A stretch of 64,000 nt of DNA from the human T2T-CHM13v2.0 reference genome, Homo sapiens, in the NCBI RefSeq assembly GCF_009914755.1, contig NC_060929.1. One strand, 5' to 3'. The notes under the pieces are model-generated. The model was not told the origin of the DNA, made no database searches, and worked only from the letters and a program-made list of their open reading frames with translations. A program made the translations under genes and the position numbers. Shown here in pieces: positions 1-13,443 of this stretch. Numbering within the stretch: position 1 is the stretch's first letter; each line of letters opens with the position of its first letter.

Positions 1-682
1 GTGATGTTATATTCTAAAATTTGCAAGTTGGAGCTGAAAATAATCAGCGGTAGGTGTGTTAACTGGCATGGCCTCTATGGAGGACAATTTGCTAATATGT
101 CAAAATTTCAAATGTACATCCTCTTTGACCTGGCAATTCTACTTCTAGGAATGTATCCTGAAAAATAGGTTTGGTGAGGGAAAGTGTGTGTTCAAGGATA
201 TTTATGTCTGTATTGTCTTACTAGCATAAGCCTGGAACAATCTAGATGAGGACTGACTAAATAAATTATGGTATATTTGCACAATGCCATATTATGTAGC
301 AATAAAAAGGCAGCTTTAACTAGATTCAAGTGGAACAATCTTCAAAATATTTTAAGTGAAAAAAATCAAGGTGTTATTGTACTTTTTTTAAGTATTTATA
401 CTCAGCTGTTTATATATCATAGAATATCTCTAAAACAAAATCAACAATCTGATCATAGTTGCTGCCTCTGGGGAAACACTTTAGGTGGCTTGAAGTCAGG
501 AGTGAGAGATAATTACTTTCACTGTGTAACCTTTTGAATCTTGAATTTATGTCATAGGAATGAACTACATATTCAAAAAGCAAACTGTATGTCATTAAAA
601 TATTAAAAATATTGATGTTTCAATAGACAAAATGCTTATTATTTATTTATTTATTTAGTTGATATTTTTAAAGGGGGAAAGA

Positions 683-1275
<593 letters not shown>

Positions 1276-1595
1276 TCATAAATCTGCAGAGGACAATGAA
1301 AAAATAATAAGGTAAATATGCAGAGAAATAAACTGGCATTTTTAAGGGAGATGGTGAGGCCAGGACTAAACCAATCATATTCCTTGGATCCTCTTGTGGG
1401 AGTCCTTCTGTTCAACACACAGCACATACTCATGTACCTGTTGCTGGGGAAAAGATCTTTCCATGGGATGGCTTCCTAATTTCTGATGGGCCATCAATTT
1501 GGATACTTTGGGAGCAGCTAAAGACCTGTTCTCAGGCTTCTTTGAGTACTGTTATGTCTCCTAACCAGCTTTCCCCCATGAAGCCTCTCCCCATC

Positions 1596-2054
1596 TGTGA
1601 TAATTCATTTTATGTACCAGTTTGGCTGGGCTATGGTGCCCAGTTGCATGGTCAAACATCAGTCTAGTTGTTGCTATGAAGGCAGTGTGTAGATGAGATA
1701 AACATTTGCATCAGTAGACTTCAAGGAAAGCAAACATACCTTCTCTAATGCGGGTGGCCTCATCCACTTGGTTGAAGGACTTAGGAGAAAAAGCCTGAGA
1801 TCCTCCGAGAAAGAGGGAATTCTGCCTCTGCACTGCCTTCAGACTAGAGACTGCAGCATCAACTCTTCCCTGGGTCTCCAGCCTCCTGACCTGCCCTGCA
1901 GTTGTTAGACTTGCCAGCCCCACACTTGCATAAGCCAATTTCTAAAAATAAATCTCAAGAGAGAAAGAGAAAGAGAGCAAGAAAGAGTGAAAGAGAGAGA
2001 GAGAGAGAAAGACATACTGTTGATTCCATTTCTCTGAGAACCCTGACTAATACA
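1596..2054 (+). mobile_element. Solo ERV-L LTR (MLT2 family) with 5-bp target-site duplication
   Basis: TGTGATAATTCATTTT start, GAGAACCCTGACTAATACA end; CCATC at both 1591-1595 and 2055-2059; internal GA-rich tract. Confidence 0.85.
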
Positions 2055-3699
2055 CCATCCAGAGGAATGGCTCCCCACCATCACCCATCCCACTTCCCAC
2101 ATCATACTTGGTGAAGCCTCTGCTATTCTCTTACCTACCAAAGTGCGTATGTCCAGTCCTGCTGCCTAGGCTGGAAGGTCCTCATGAGCCGGTGCTGTGT
2201 CTCCATCATCAATGCATTTCTAACATTCAATGGAGTACCTGCAAGTGCTCGATAAGGATGTGTTGTTGAATGAGGCTGCAGTTTTAGTGACAGTGCTCCC
2301 AATGCCGAATGCTTAGGTTTGACTCATCTGTAGGTTCATATACAAATCAGCACATCAATTAGGAAGAACATGAAAGAAAAGAAAAACAATCCTTACCAGT
2401 TGTTTTCAATTACCAGGACCCTTTGTTTGCCTTGCCGCTTCTTACCCAGCTACCTGAAGACCTGTAAAAGGCAATTTACTGTTCAGAATTAATTGAGCAG
2501 GCCACCGTAGTCAAGATGCCACAGTGTTGGATTTAGCCTACACTGTATCCAAAATTAAAAAGCAAGAATTCTCTTTTGAAATAAGATGTATTCAAATAGA
2601 AAAAAATTATAAGAAAAACTTATCTGTGATCATCACCCTTCCTTGTACTCCAAATGTGTGCTGAATTTTAATGTCCATTTTAAAGAGGAAATTATGACCC
2701 TCAAGCCCAAGATCAAAATATCATTTCTGAAAATCAGATTGAATCTTAAATTAGAAACTTCTGCAGACATCTTCCACAAAAGTTTTTTTAATCATTTGTC
2801 ATATTTTTAAAAGATTACAAGATGAATTCATCTTCGATTAGTCAATCTGAATCCTCAGGTGAATAAAGAACCAATTGTGTTAGTTTTCTGATCAGTAAGA
2901 CTATTTTCAATGAGCACCCAACACCAACAATCTTGTCCCATAGGAAAACTGATTTATAAGCATGTCAAATGGAGATTTTATTTCATCCTGCCTTCAGCTG
3001 TCAACAAAAGACTTAGCGGCTCTCCCCAGGGAGCAAGGAGACGAAACAGTAGGAGACCTTCAGAGGTCAACCTTGAAAGCAGGCAACACTCAGTTTTGAC
3101 CTGGTCTATTGAAATCAATATGGCATGGCATAGAGAAAGGAAGCAGATGGCAGAGTATACTTACATCAATATTTTTCTTTATTACAGAATTTGCATTAAA
3201 TTTTGTTAAAGGACAAGTGGATTCAATTGACCATGAGAGATACAAAAGGTATATGCCATGAATCATATCTTAAATGAATTTTAATCAACACTATAGGATT
3301 TGCAGTACAGGCTTATTTTTCTTTGAACAAACTTATCTTTTTATTTCTATTCTTTGTTATGTAGAAAAATACAGTATAAGACATAAAAAAGAGAAATATA
3401 ACCTGTATTCCCACCATCAGATGATGCCATCAACATTGCAGCATATTTGATCACAATAGCTTCTTTATGCATTTTATATCATTGTGAACTCTGCTTTTTC
3501 CATTTACACTAGAGTAAAATAATTTTCTGTTATTACCTTTCTCTTCCTAATAGGAGTTCCTATTATCATCATTTTGGGAGGTTAAGCCTTTTCTAAACCC
3601 CAGAGCTCATAAGCAATGGAGCTGAGACTGTAACCCTGACCTACCTACCTTCAAAGACCATACTGTTTCCACTAAGTCAAACTACCTTAAAAATACTTA

Positions 3700-4797
3700 T
3701 TCCTTTTGGCTCAGTAAGTCACCTTTTGGGAATCTACATGGAATCTGAAATGTACGAGATAAGCCTGGGACATTTTGAGATGCAAGAAAGCAAGAAGCTA
3801 CTAAGGACTAAATAGGTCACGTCAAAAGGAAGCAAACGAAAAAGATCCCAAAATGACACAATGCAGCTACCCAAAAGAATAATAATCACTCTCCGTTAAA
3901 TCATTAAACATAAAAATCAATGAGTTCATAATGATACTTTTTTAAAACTTGCTTATGAGAGCACCAACTCATTACTCTGAAAATTGATAAATACATAGAA
4001 AGAATCAAGAATTTATCCTTTCTTGTACAAATTGTAATTCAGGGCAGCCAAATACTTGATGAGGATAAGTCTTTATCGAAGAATTATGGATAACTAATGC
4101 AGAAGGAAGGACAGATTAAGAAAATTGCCATTTCAATCCCTCATGAAACCCTGGATCTGTCAATGGTCGTCAGTGAATGTTAAAATCACAGGTGAAATAC
4201 TTGTGGGAGACTTTTAGAGGATGGAGCATCCTGACATCACCAAGACTGATTCCTGGCATTACCAAAAGTGGAGCAAACAGATGTCATGAGTTCATGGTAT
4301 GATTCCACAGGAAGTACATAGCATCAGAAATATTATAATCTAAAAAGCATTTTAACCTTAATTGATTTAAGGCTCAGATCTAACTATCAGTTTATAGGAA
4401 ATAGAAAAAAACAGAGGAACAAGTTAAAAACATCACAGAGAAACAATTATGCAAATCTAGATGTAGATCTAAAGGATAATCTGATTTTTCTAACAAATTC
4501 AATGGCATGAAAACAATTGAGGAGTGAGAAGGAGGGACAATGTAGACTGAAATAGCTAAGAGAAATTATTATTAATATTATTCGAATAGGCCAACCGTAA
4601 AAGAACAACTTTCAGACAATTAAAGACATTTGAATATGAATTGATATTAGAATATTTTTGATATTTGTGTTATTTGTTTGGTATGATAATACCTAGGTGG
4701 TTTTTTTTTTAAAGTCGGGCTGCTTAAATGTATATAAAGAACTTACAAAGAAAATAATATGATATCTAGTATTTGCTTCAAATATTCCAGGAAAAAA

Positions 4798-4838
<41 letters not shown>

Positions 4839-5010
4839 TGTGTGTTTGTATGTGGTGGGAGGGAGAGAGGAGACGGAGATGATTAGATGAAACAGGAGTT
4901 GCAAATTGTTGACAGCTGCTGAAGCTGAGAGATGAGTCCATGAAGGTTCATTATCCTATTCTCTCTACTTTCTGTATGTTTGGAACATTCCATAATAAAA
5001 TTTAAAAAAA
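3700..5010 (+). mobile_element. Degenerate L1M (L1MC-like) 3' region
   Basis: A-rich; ends in GCTGAAGCTGAGAGATGAGTCCATGAAGGTTCATTATCCTATTCTCTCTACTTT...CATAATAAAA, resembling old L1 3' ends; boundaries approximate. Confidence 0.55.
4800..4846. repeat. (TG)n microsatellite
   Basis: Direct reading. Confidence 0.95.
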
Positions 5011-5959
5011 CCCTAAAAAATGATGCATATGAGTACATCAAAACCTATAGAAATGAAATTCCATATATGCCAGGACTAGAAAGATATGGAATAAATAACT
5101 GTAAAAAAAATGTGAGAAAATCCTACTCCATATGTTATATGCTGATTTCTGATTTGCATTTTAAATGGAATCGCTCCAATATTATCTGATTAGTTTTGAA
5201 ATTGATGATTAAAATAAAAGATTGATCATCTTCTACATTTTTTGGCACCTTACACCATCACCAATTTAAGTATTAATAGAAGGAGCATCAAAACTATCAA
5301 TCTAAGAAATTCAGAATGAAGAGGTCTGTGATATGCTCAGTGAACATGTCTTTGTTGTGGCAATGAAATAATTTGGAGATGGAAAGAGAACATAAATTCT
5401 GCAGAACAATTTTCTGTGCTCCTCTTTAAACAGGTTAAGGTGCTGATTTGGTTTTTCGAAAACTGAAGCTGTGGATCACAAAACAAAGCAAAATTAATTG
5501 TGAGTAAATGGAAGAAAAGATCACTTGTAATGACACTTCTTTCCAGGGATATGGTTAAGCAAGATAATAGCATTCAGAGGGTAAAAATAAGTCCATTCAC
5601 TAATGCCCACACACATTCCATATAATGACAGATGGAGACCTAATTTTAAAAACATACTACATTGTAAAAATACTTTGGAAATATCTAACTAAACAGTGGA
5701 TTAGAACTTGATTAAAAATAAATGATTGAAATGCCAAAAGCTCATTAAAGGGAAGATGCTATGTAGAGTTGACTCCCCAAAGAAACAAAGCCCTTTGTGT
5801 TCAGTAAAATATTTTCAGCTGAATGAAACTACTGAATATTTTAATTTTCAGTTTGTGAGGGAAAAATTATTTACACTTAATCACTGGTTTGTTTTTAACC
5901 CCAGAATTATAACAATTAGGAAAATAAGAGGCATTTATAAGATGCTTAAAGCAGGTCAC

Positions 5960-6391
5960 ACTCTCAGGACAGGTTCCCAGGAACTGGACTCTGCGATGGA
6001 AAGTTACATGCAGGAGCTTTACTGGGGAATGTTCTCAGAAACAGCACCTGGGAGGGGTGAGGGAAGCAGGATTGGGCACACGGAGAAGTAGAACTGTGAT
6101 GCGGTTGCAAGAGGCCACAACAGATACCAGGAGAAGACCAAGCAGAAAGGCCCTTCAGAGCTTTCATAATCTAGGCAAGGGGGGCCAGGCCCTTGTATTC
6201 TCACATAAATCCAATACCCATGGAAGTGGGTATTGGAAGAAGTAGCTCCTTTTGGCCAAGAGTCAATCCCAAGAGGAACTCATGGATGAGTACCTTTGCA
6301 GGAGTGAGAAACCAATGCTTCTGACTGCTTGGAAATGAATGCTTTGATCCTGAAGGAAACATGTGGGGAGTGTATCTCCCCTCGCATTGCA
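5960..6391 (-). mobile_element. 3' LTR of ERV-L-class provirus (LTR16A-like)
   Basis: Shares blocks with 12677-13095 (ACATGCAGGAGCTTTACTGGGGA vs ACATGCAGGACTTTTACTGGGGA); polypurine tract GGGTGGGGGC adjacent on minus strand at 6392-6401. Confidence 0.7.
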
Positions 6392-6783
6392 GCCCCCACC
6401 CTTAGCCTCCCTCCTTCATGTAATAACTTCATCCCCTCTGAGAATAGCTCCATGGGATTCTCAATGATCTATTTTTCTTTGGAAACTGGTAAGAGGAAGG
6501 TTATTGGGACAAATCTCAGCCCCTTTCAGTGACTACATCTGGTGTCATGATCTCCCTCCTCTGCTTTCACACTTTTAAACAGCACTGCTGTAGTCTGGGG
6601 GGCTTACCTGGTGGGATGACCATGATTTTCATCCCAGGAGACCCTAAGCCCTGCCTTACCATGAAAACATGGCTTGGTGGCATAACCAGTTCCAGCCATG
6701 GCTACTGCACTTGCTCATTTACAATGAAGATCTGGCAAGGGGGTACCAAGAGACAACCTAGTGAGTCACCTGGGTGGCTGTGA

Positions 6784-7252
<469 letters not shown>

Positions 7253-7350
7253 CCCAATCATTGTCTCCTGAGGCCATCAATCCCACCTATTGGAGACGTA
7301 GCACTATATAACGGGCATTGGTTCAATGCCACCCTGTCCTTACAACATAT

Positions 7351-8786
7351 TGAGAGGTGACAGCGTGCTGGCAGCCCTCACAGCCCTCGCTTGCTCTCGG
7401 CGCCTCCTCTGCCTGGGCTCCCACTTTGGTGGCACTTGAGGAGCCGTTCAGCCGGCTGCTGCACTGTGGGAGCCCCTTCCTGAGCTGGCTGAGGCCGGAG
7501 CCGGCTCCCTCAGCTTGCCGGGAGGTGTGGAGGGAGAGGTGGGGCAGGAACTGGGGCTATGCACAGTGCTTGCAGGCCAGCACGAGTTCCGGGTGGGTGT
7601 GGACTCGGCACGCCCGGCACTCGGAGCCTCCGGCCATCCCTGCCGGCCCTGGGCAATGAGGGGCTTAGCACCGGGGCCAGCGGCTGCAGAGGGTGTGCTG
7701 GGTCCCCCAGCAGTGCCGGCCCACCAGCGCTGCGCTGGATTTCTCGCCGGCCTTAGCTGCCTCCCCTCAGGGCAGGGCTCAGGACCTGCAGCCCACCATG
7801 CCTGAGCCTCCCACTCCCTCCGTGGGCTCCTGTGCACCCAAGCCTCCCCAATGAGCACCACCCCCTGCTCCACGGCACCCAGTCCCATCGACCACCCAAG
7901 GGCTGAGGAGTGCAGGCGCACGGCACGGGACTGGCAGGCAGCTCCACCTGCGGCCCTGGTGCGGGATCCACTGGGTGAAGCCAGCTGGGCTCCTGACTGG
8001 TGGGGACTTAGAGAACCTTTATGTCTAGCTAAGGTATTTTAAATACACCAATAGGCACTCTGTGTCTAGTTCAAGGTTTGTAAACACACCAATCAGCACC
8101 CTGTGTCTAGCTCAGGGTTTGTGAATGCACCAATGGACACTCTGTATCTAGCTACTCTGGTGGGGACTTGGAGAACCTTTGTGTCCACACTCTGTATCTA
8201 GCTAATCTAGTGAGGACGTGGAGAACCTTTGTGTCTAGCTCAGGGATTGTAAACGCACCAATCAGTGCCCTGTCAAAACAGACCACTCGGCTCTCTGTAA
8301 AATGAACCAATCAGCAGGATGTGGGTGGGGCCAGATAAGAGAATAAAAGCAGGCTGCCCGAGCCAGCAGTGGCAACCTGCTGGGTCCGCTTCTACACTGT
8401 GGAAGCTTTGTTCTTTAACTCTTTGCAATAAATCTTGCTGCTGCTCACTCTTTGGGTCCACACTGCCTTTGTGAGCTGTAACACTCACCCCGAAGGTCTG
8501 CAGCTTCACTCCTGAAGCCGGTGAGACCACTAACCCACCGGGAGGAAAGGACAACTCCAGATGCCCCACCTTAAGAGCTGTAACACTCACCGCGAAGGTC
8601 TGCAGCTTCACTCCTGAGCCAGCAAGACCACAAACCCACCAGAAGGGAGAAACTCCAAACACATCCGAACATCAGAAGGAACAAACTCCAGACACGCCGC
8701 CTTTAAGAACTGTAACACTCACTGTGAGGGTCCGCGGCTTCATTCTTGAAGTCAGTGAGACCAAGAACCCACCAATTCCGGACACA
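7351..8786 (+). mobile_element. Full-length solo LTR12C (ERV9 LTR)
   Basis: TGAGAGGTGACAGCGTGCTGGCAG start, CCAATTCCGGACACA end; GC-rich U3; tandem CCAAT repeats 8020-8310; AATAAAA box ~8342; U5 repeats TGTAACACTCAC; 4-bp flanks ATAT/GTAT. Confidence 0.93.
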
Positions 8787-10339
8787 GTATCACCTGCAGG
8801 CTGGCACTTTAGCTGTGCTGTCAAAAACCTCTAGTAGATAGGCAGTTTCTGGATGGTGTTATCCTATCATCATATGTCCATTGTTGTCCTTCTTTTGCTA
8901 TAAAATGGGGCCAGTGGTCCACAGTCACGTTATGCAGGATTCCATGTCAGTTTATCATATAATCTATAAGCTTACAGGTGGTCATGCTGCCTGAGTCCCT
9001 GTGGGTAGGAAAGGTAAAGCCATCTCTGGAATATGTGTCAATTCCAGTCAAAATCAATTACTGCCATTTCCAGATTGAAAGGAATCTGATGTGATCAAGT
9101 TGCTAGCAAGTGGCTGGTTAGTCTCCTCTGGGGACTGTGTTTGTTGAAGAGCTCAGTGTTGGTTTCTGTTGCTGGCAGGTTGGACATTTGGTAGTGGTAA
9201 TAGATATATTAAGTAATTACTTGACTTCATGGAGATCCACTGTCAATTATCAGGACCCCTGGTTCTGAAGGGGGACAGAGAGATAATTAAATGGGGACAT
9301 GATGGGGACCACTTGTAGTGTTGAGCATGTTTAGAGTGCCAGATTTCTTGGCCATTCCCCTGGATGTGATTTTTTTTTTTAATTTATTCTCTTGGCCATG
9401 GTAAGAAAGTTTCAGAGGCTTCTATGTAGCCCTCTTCACTACAGACCATACTGGTTGGCCCTACAAACCAAGGAACTAATGAGAAGATTCTGCTGACTAC
9501 TACGGATTTCAATTATACATCCAGAGACTGAATAAATGACCACCAGGTGGATCCATGGAGCCAAAGAATCCCTTGTGAAATCAACTAGGTCTGGACTTCT
9601 TATTTCTTACTCTTCATAAGCTCCCACTTCAGCAAGGGGCCTGGATGAAACAAAACTTCCTGAATACCAGTGGAGATTGGACTATGCCCAAGAGTCCTGG
9701 AAATATCTAGGATTGCCCTTTTTCCCATTGAACAGTTACCCAAGTAAGTGGCCACAGATCCCTTTGAGTAAAGACTGGGGGAACTGTTATCATATGCACT
9801 TGCCATAGTATAGCAGGCTCCTTCCTCAAACCAGCCTCTCCAGTCAACAGGTTCTGGGTCAAAGGACAGGCTCAGATCTGGAAATTGGCCATGACTCTTC
9901 AGTGAAGTGTTGGCATTATTCTTATGTGTCCCTGTATCTTGCCCTTAATAACACTGTGGTCTAGTAACCATCTCCACAGCTCTCTTTGGGTGAGGACTCC
10001 TGGCTGCCACTCCAACCTTTCCATTCATGATAATAATTGCATCCTTCTTGGTCTGCTACCTATAGTCTACCACCCAGCCTCTATCAATCTGGGATCTTAC
10101 CATCCCCATTGCTGTTATATAGAAGCCCACTGCTGTTATATAGAACCATCCCAGTTATATAGAACCCCGGCACAATATACAGTATCAGCCCTCCCCTAGA
10201 GGGGGTAGCCACCATTGAGTTTCTCATTGACACATTGCCCCTCTCACCAGCTCATTTCTTACAGCTTTGGTAAAAGGTTGCCTTCTGGGTGCCCCTGTGA
10301 AATACAGTGAACTGGTAGATTGTTCGGTCTTACAAAGTA

Positions 10340-10989
10340 CAGTAGGCCCCCATTATCTGTGGGAAATACATTCCAAGGCCACCCCACAGGTGGATGCCTG
10401 AAAACGCGAATAGTACCAAACCCCATATATATGATGTTTTTTCCTATACATGCACTGTGGCACTTTTGCAGTTTGAGGTATAACCACAAAACTAGCATAA
10501 ATTTATTTGTCCTTCTTCACAATTTCACAGGTAAAAAATTTGTTCTTACCATGGATCTTAGCAACCTCAGCATATAATTTTTTTTCCTTAAGAACTTTTA
10601 CCTTTTCACTTAAAGGAAGCACTTTACGGCTTCCCTTTGGCATATTTGAATCACCAGCATCACCACTCTTGTGCTTTGGGGCCATTATTAGGTAAAATGA
10701 GGGTGCCTTGAACACAAGCACTGCGATACCTCGACAGTCCATCTGATCACCGAGATGGTGAAGTGGCTAACTGGAGGGAAGTGTTGACAGTGTGTATCCA
10801 CTGGACAAAGGGACAATTCACATCCTGCGGGGGACAGTGCAAGACTTCATCACACTACTCAGAACAATGTGCAATTTAAATCTTACAAATTATTGATTTC
10901 TGGAATCTTCTATTTAATATTTTCAGCCCACAGTTGACTGGGGGTAACCAAACTGTGGAAAGCAAAACCATGGATAGGGAGAACCAGTG
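10340..10989 (+). mobile_element. TcMar-Tigger DNA transposon derivative (MER44-like)
   Basis: CAGTAGGCCCCCATTATC start and degenerate inverted end GGATAGGGAGAACCAGTG; TA on both flanks. Confidence 0.75.
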
Positions 10990-10991
10990 TA

Positions 10992-11323
10992 CAGTTGTCC
11001 CTCAGCATCCATAAAGGATTGGTTCCAGAACCTACCTTGGATACCAAAATCTATAGATACTCAAGTCTGTGATATAAAATGGCCTAGGATTTACATATAA
11101 CCTACACACACCCTCCCATACACTTTAAATCACCTCTAGATTACTTATAATATCTAATATCATGTGAATGCTATGTAAATAGTCACTATACTGTATTGAC
11201 TAGGGAATCATGACAAGGAAAAAAATGTCTGTACATGTTGAGTATGGGATGCCACTTTTTTCCCAAATGCTGAATATTTTCAGTCCGAGGTTGAATGAAC
11301 CCACAGATACAGAGAGCTGACTG
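10992..11323 (+). mobile_element. TcMar-Tigger MITE (MER2-like)
   Basis: CAGTTGTCCCTCAGCATCC start, GATACAGAGAGCTGACTG end; homologous to the copy at 31342-31664. Confidence 0.8.
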
Positions 11324-11712
11324 CATATCCACCGTAGCATTCCTGCTTCTCGGAGCCTTTTGATCTCTTTCTTCATCATCTGCTAAGGCATTTCTCACAT
11401 ATCTCCTCCACATAGTTGATCATTGCATTTCTAAGAAAGAAAAGAGTCAACAAAGATACCCCAAGAGTCAACCAAGAAGAGTGCTAAATTCTCTATCTCA
11501 GGGGAGTGCTCCCACATAGATAAAGTTTCCAGTATCCAACTATATATTGCATCCTTCTTAACCCAGGCCCTTCAGGATTCATCCCATATATATTCTTCCA
11601 CTCCTGCTAGTACTTGCTGGCTCAGTCTTGCATCTTCTTTGGTGTCTATTTTTTCCTTCCTTATCACAATCAGCACTTCTCCTGTCAAGTTTTATTGTAC
11701 TTGACTCTAGTT

Positions 11713-11933
11713 CAGGGTCTGCAAACTTTGCCTGTAAAGAACCCGATAGTAAACATTTTTGGTTTTGTGGGCCATATGGACTTTGTCGTGACTACTCAGT
11801 TCTCCCATTGTAGCATGAAGGCAGCCATAGGCAATGTGTCGTTGAATGGATGTGGTTGTATTAAACTAAAACTTTATTTACCAAAATAGACTGCAGGCTG
11901 GATTTGGCCAGGAGACTGCAGTTGCTGATCCCC
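11713..11933 (+). mobile_element. hAT-Charlie MITE (MER58A-like)
   Basis: CAGGGTCTGCAAACTTTGCCTGTAAAG...GCAGCCATAGGCAAT...GTTGCTGATCCCC. Confidence 0.75.
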
Positions 11934-12676
11934 ATTGTATTTACTGGCCTAGTGTCCAGGAATGGAGTTGGGATCAACCCTGACTTAAGAACACGCTATC
12001 TTGCAAGAAAAAGCTCCTGCACTCTCTTCAAGCAAGGGTAGCACTAGCTTTTAATAGGGAGCAGTGGGCCCAGACGGTTGAGGGGAATCTGAAGATTCGA
12101 GATTTTTGGTGCAGGAACACATATATCCTTATTCCAAGTCTCAGCATCTCACTCCTTCCTAGTCAGGGTCCTGACCTTGGCATAGCACACTTACTAGGAT
12201 TGAAAATTTTAACCTTCTCTGGAGCCCTCCTGGCCTTATAATTAAGTTCTAGGCTTGATCCTGGCTTTTTTCTACTTCTGGCTGCGGGAGATGAGAAGCT
12301 CTTTATAAACTGCCATAGGCCCTCTGGCTTTCACACTTAGCCTTAAATTGGTAATTAATCATTGTATCCTTTCATCCCCTTTCTCTAATTCATTTTATAG
12401 CACTCAGAAACAGCCATCCAATTCTATTGTACTTACAATTACCACTTCCCCTGGACCCCTAGATATCTCGGATACTAGACTTACCAATGCATTGCCTTCC
12501 AGCAGTTACATCACAGTGACTGTTGCAACAATTGCATAGTTACAGCCTGCCAGGGGCTGTAGGTAATCCACCCACCCACCCCTAGTTATGGTGTCCTCCC
12601 TGCTGGCTGGTCAGCTGGTGACCCAGTTCCAGATTCCATTTTAGAGTCTCCTTCCTCGGACCATTCCTAGCACCAG

Positions 12677-13095
12677 TGGTTTTAGGAATGCTTACCTGAG
12701 AAATAGGGTCTGAGGTGGAGATATACATGCAGGACTTTTACTGGGGAGTGCTTTTAGGATCAATACCCATAAAGAAGAGAAAAAGGATTCCATAGAGGGA
12801 GAAATTGAATTATGATTCTGTTGCAGTAAAGGCCTTCAGCAATCCCATGGACTGCTGTCAGAGTTGTCTAGACAAGGCAAGGGGCCAGCCAGCCACAGGA
12901 TGCGTGCTGCCCCCCAAACCCCAACTGCAGAAGGGGTAGGGCCTTGGGCAGGGCAGCTCTCTTCTGCTAAGGGAGGGATTCCCAAAGACAGACTCATTTG
13001 TGAGACAACAAAAGCCAGCACTCCTGGCAGCTGGGCGAATGAGTGCCTGAGTCCTGGAGGGGAGATCGGGGCTGCACACCACCGCATCCACTACA
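12677..13095 (-). mobile_element. 5' LTR of ERV-L-class provirus (LTR16A-like)
   Basis: Minus strand begins TGTAGTGGATGCGGTGGTGTGCAGCCCCGATCTCCCC; followed directly by a tRNA-Leu-type PBS. Confidence 0.75.
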
Positions 13096-13332
13096 AGCAT
13101 GTGCAGTGGTTGAGTTCATGTCCACAGTAAGCGTGTCAGATAGGCATCCATGAGCCCAGCTTTACTGACACACCCTAGTTACCAGGAATCCTGGGAGAAG
13201 CCTTGGGTTCAACTAATTGTTGCGATTGTAATTGTGGTTCCTGAAGGAATTCTAGATGATAAACGCAATAAAGTAGCAGTGATTTATTGTATATAGAAAC
13301 TTTAAAACCCACTTTTGAAGGGTAAAATAACA

Positions 13333-13443
13333 AGAAAGAGGAAGGAAAGAATAAAGGAAGGAAGGAAGAAGAGAAGGAAGGAAGAACGTAAGGAAGGAAG
13401 AAGGGAAGGGGAGAGGAGGGGAGGGGAGGAGAAAGGAGAAAAA
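13333..13443. repeat. Purine-rich (GGAA/GGAG) low-complexity tract
   Basis: Direct reading. Confidence 0.9.

Noticed and set aside
7357-8662. Overlapping ORFs of 63-157 aa
   Set aside because: All lie inside the GC-rich LTR12C
8020-8760. Regularly spaced repeats that could look like a CRISPR array
   Set aside because: They are the U3 and U5 internal repeats of LTR12; no unique spacers, no cas genes, eukaryotic context
10503-10742. ORF resembling a Tigger transposase N-terminus (RKVLPLSEKVKVL)
   Set aside because: Short relic inside an internally deleted MER44-like element; no catalytic domain
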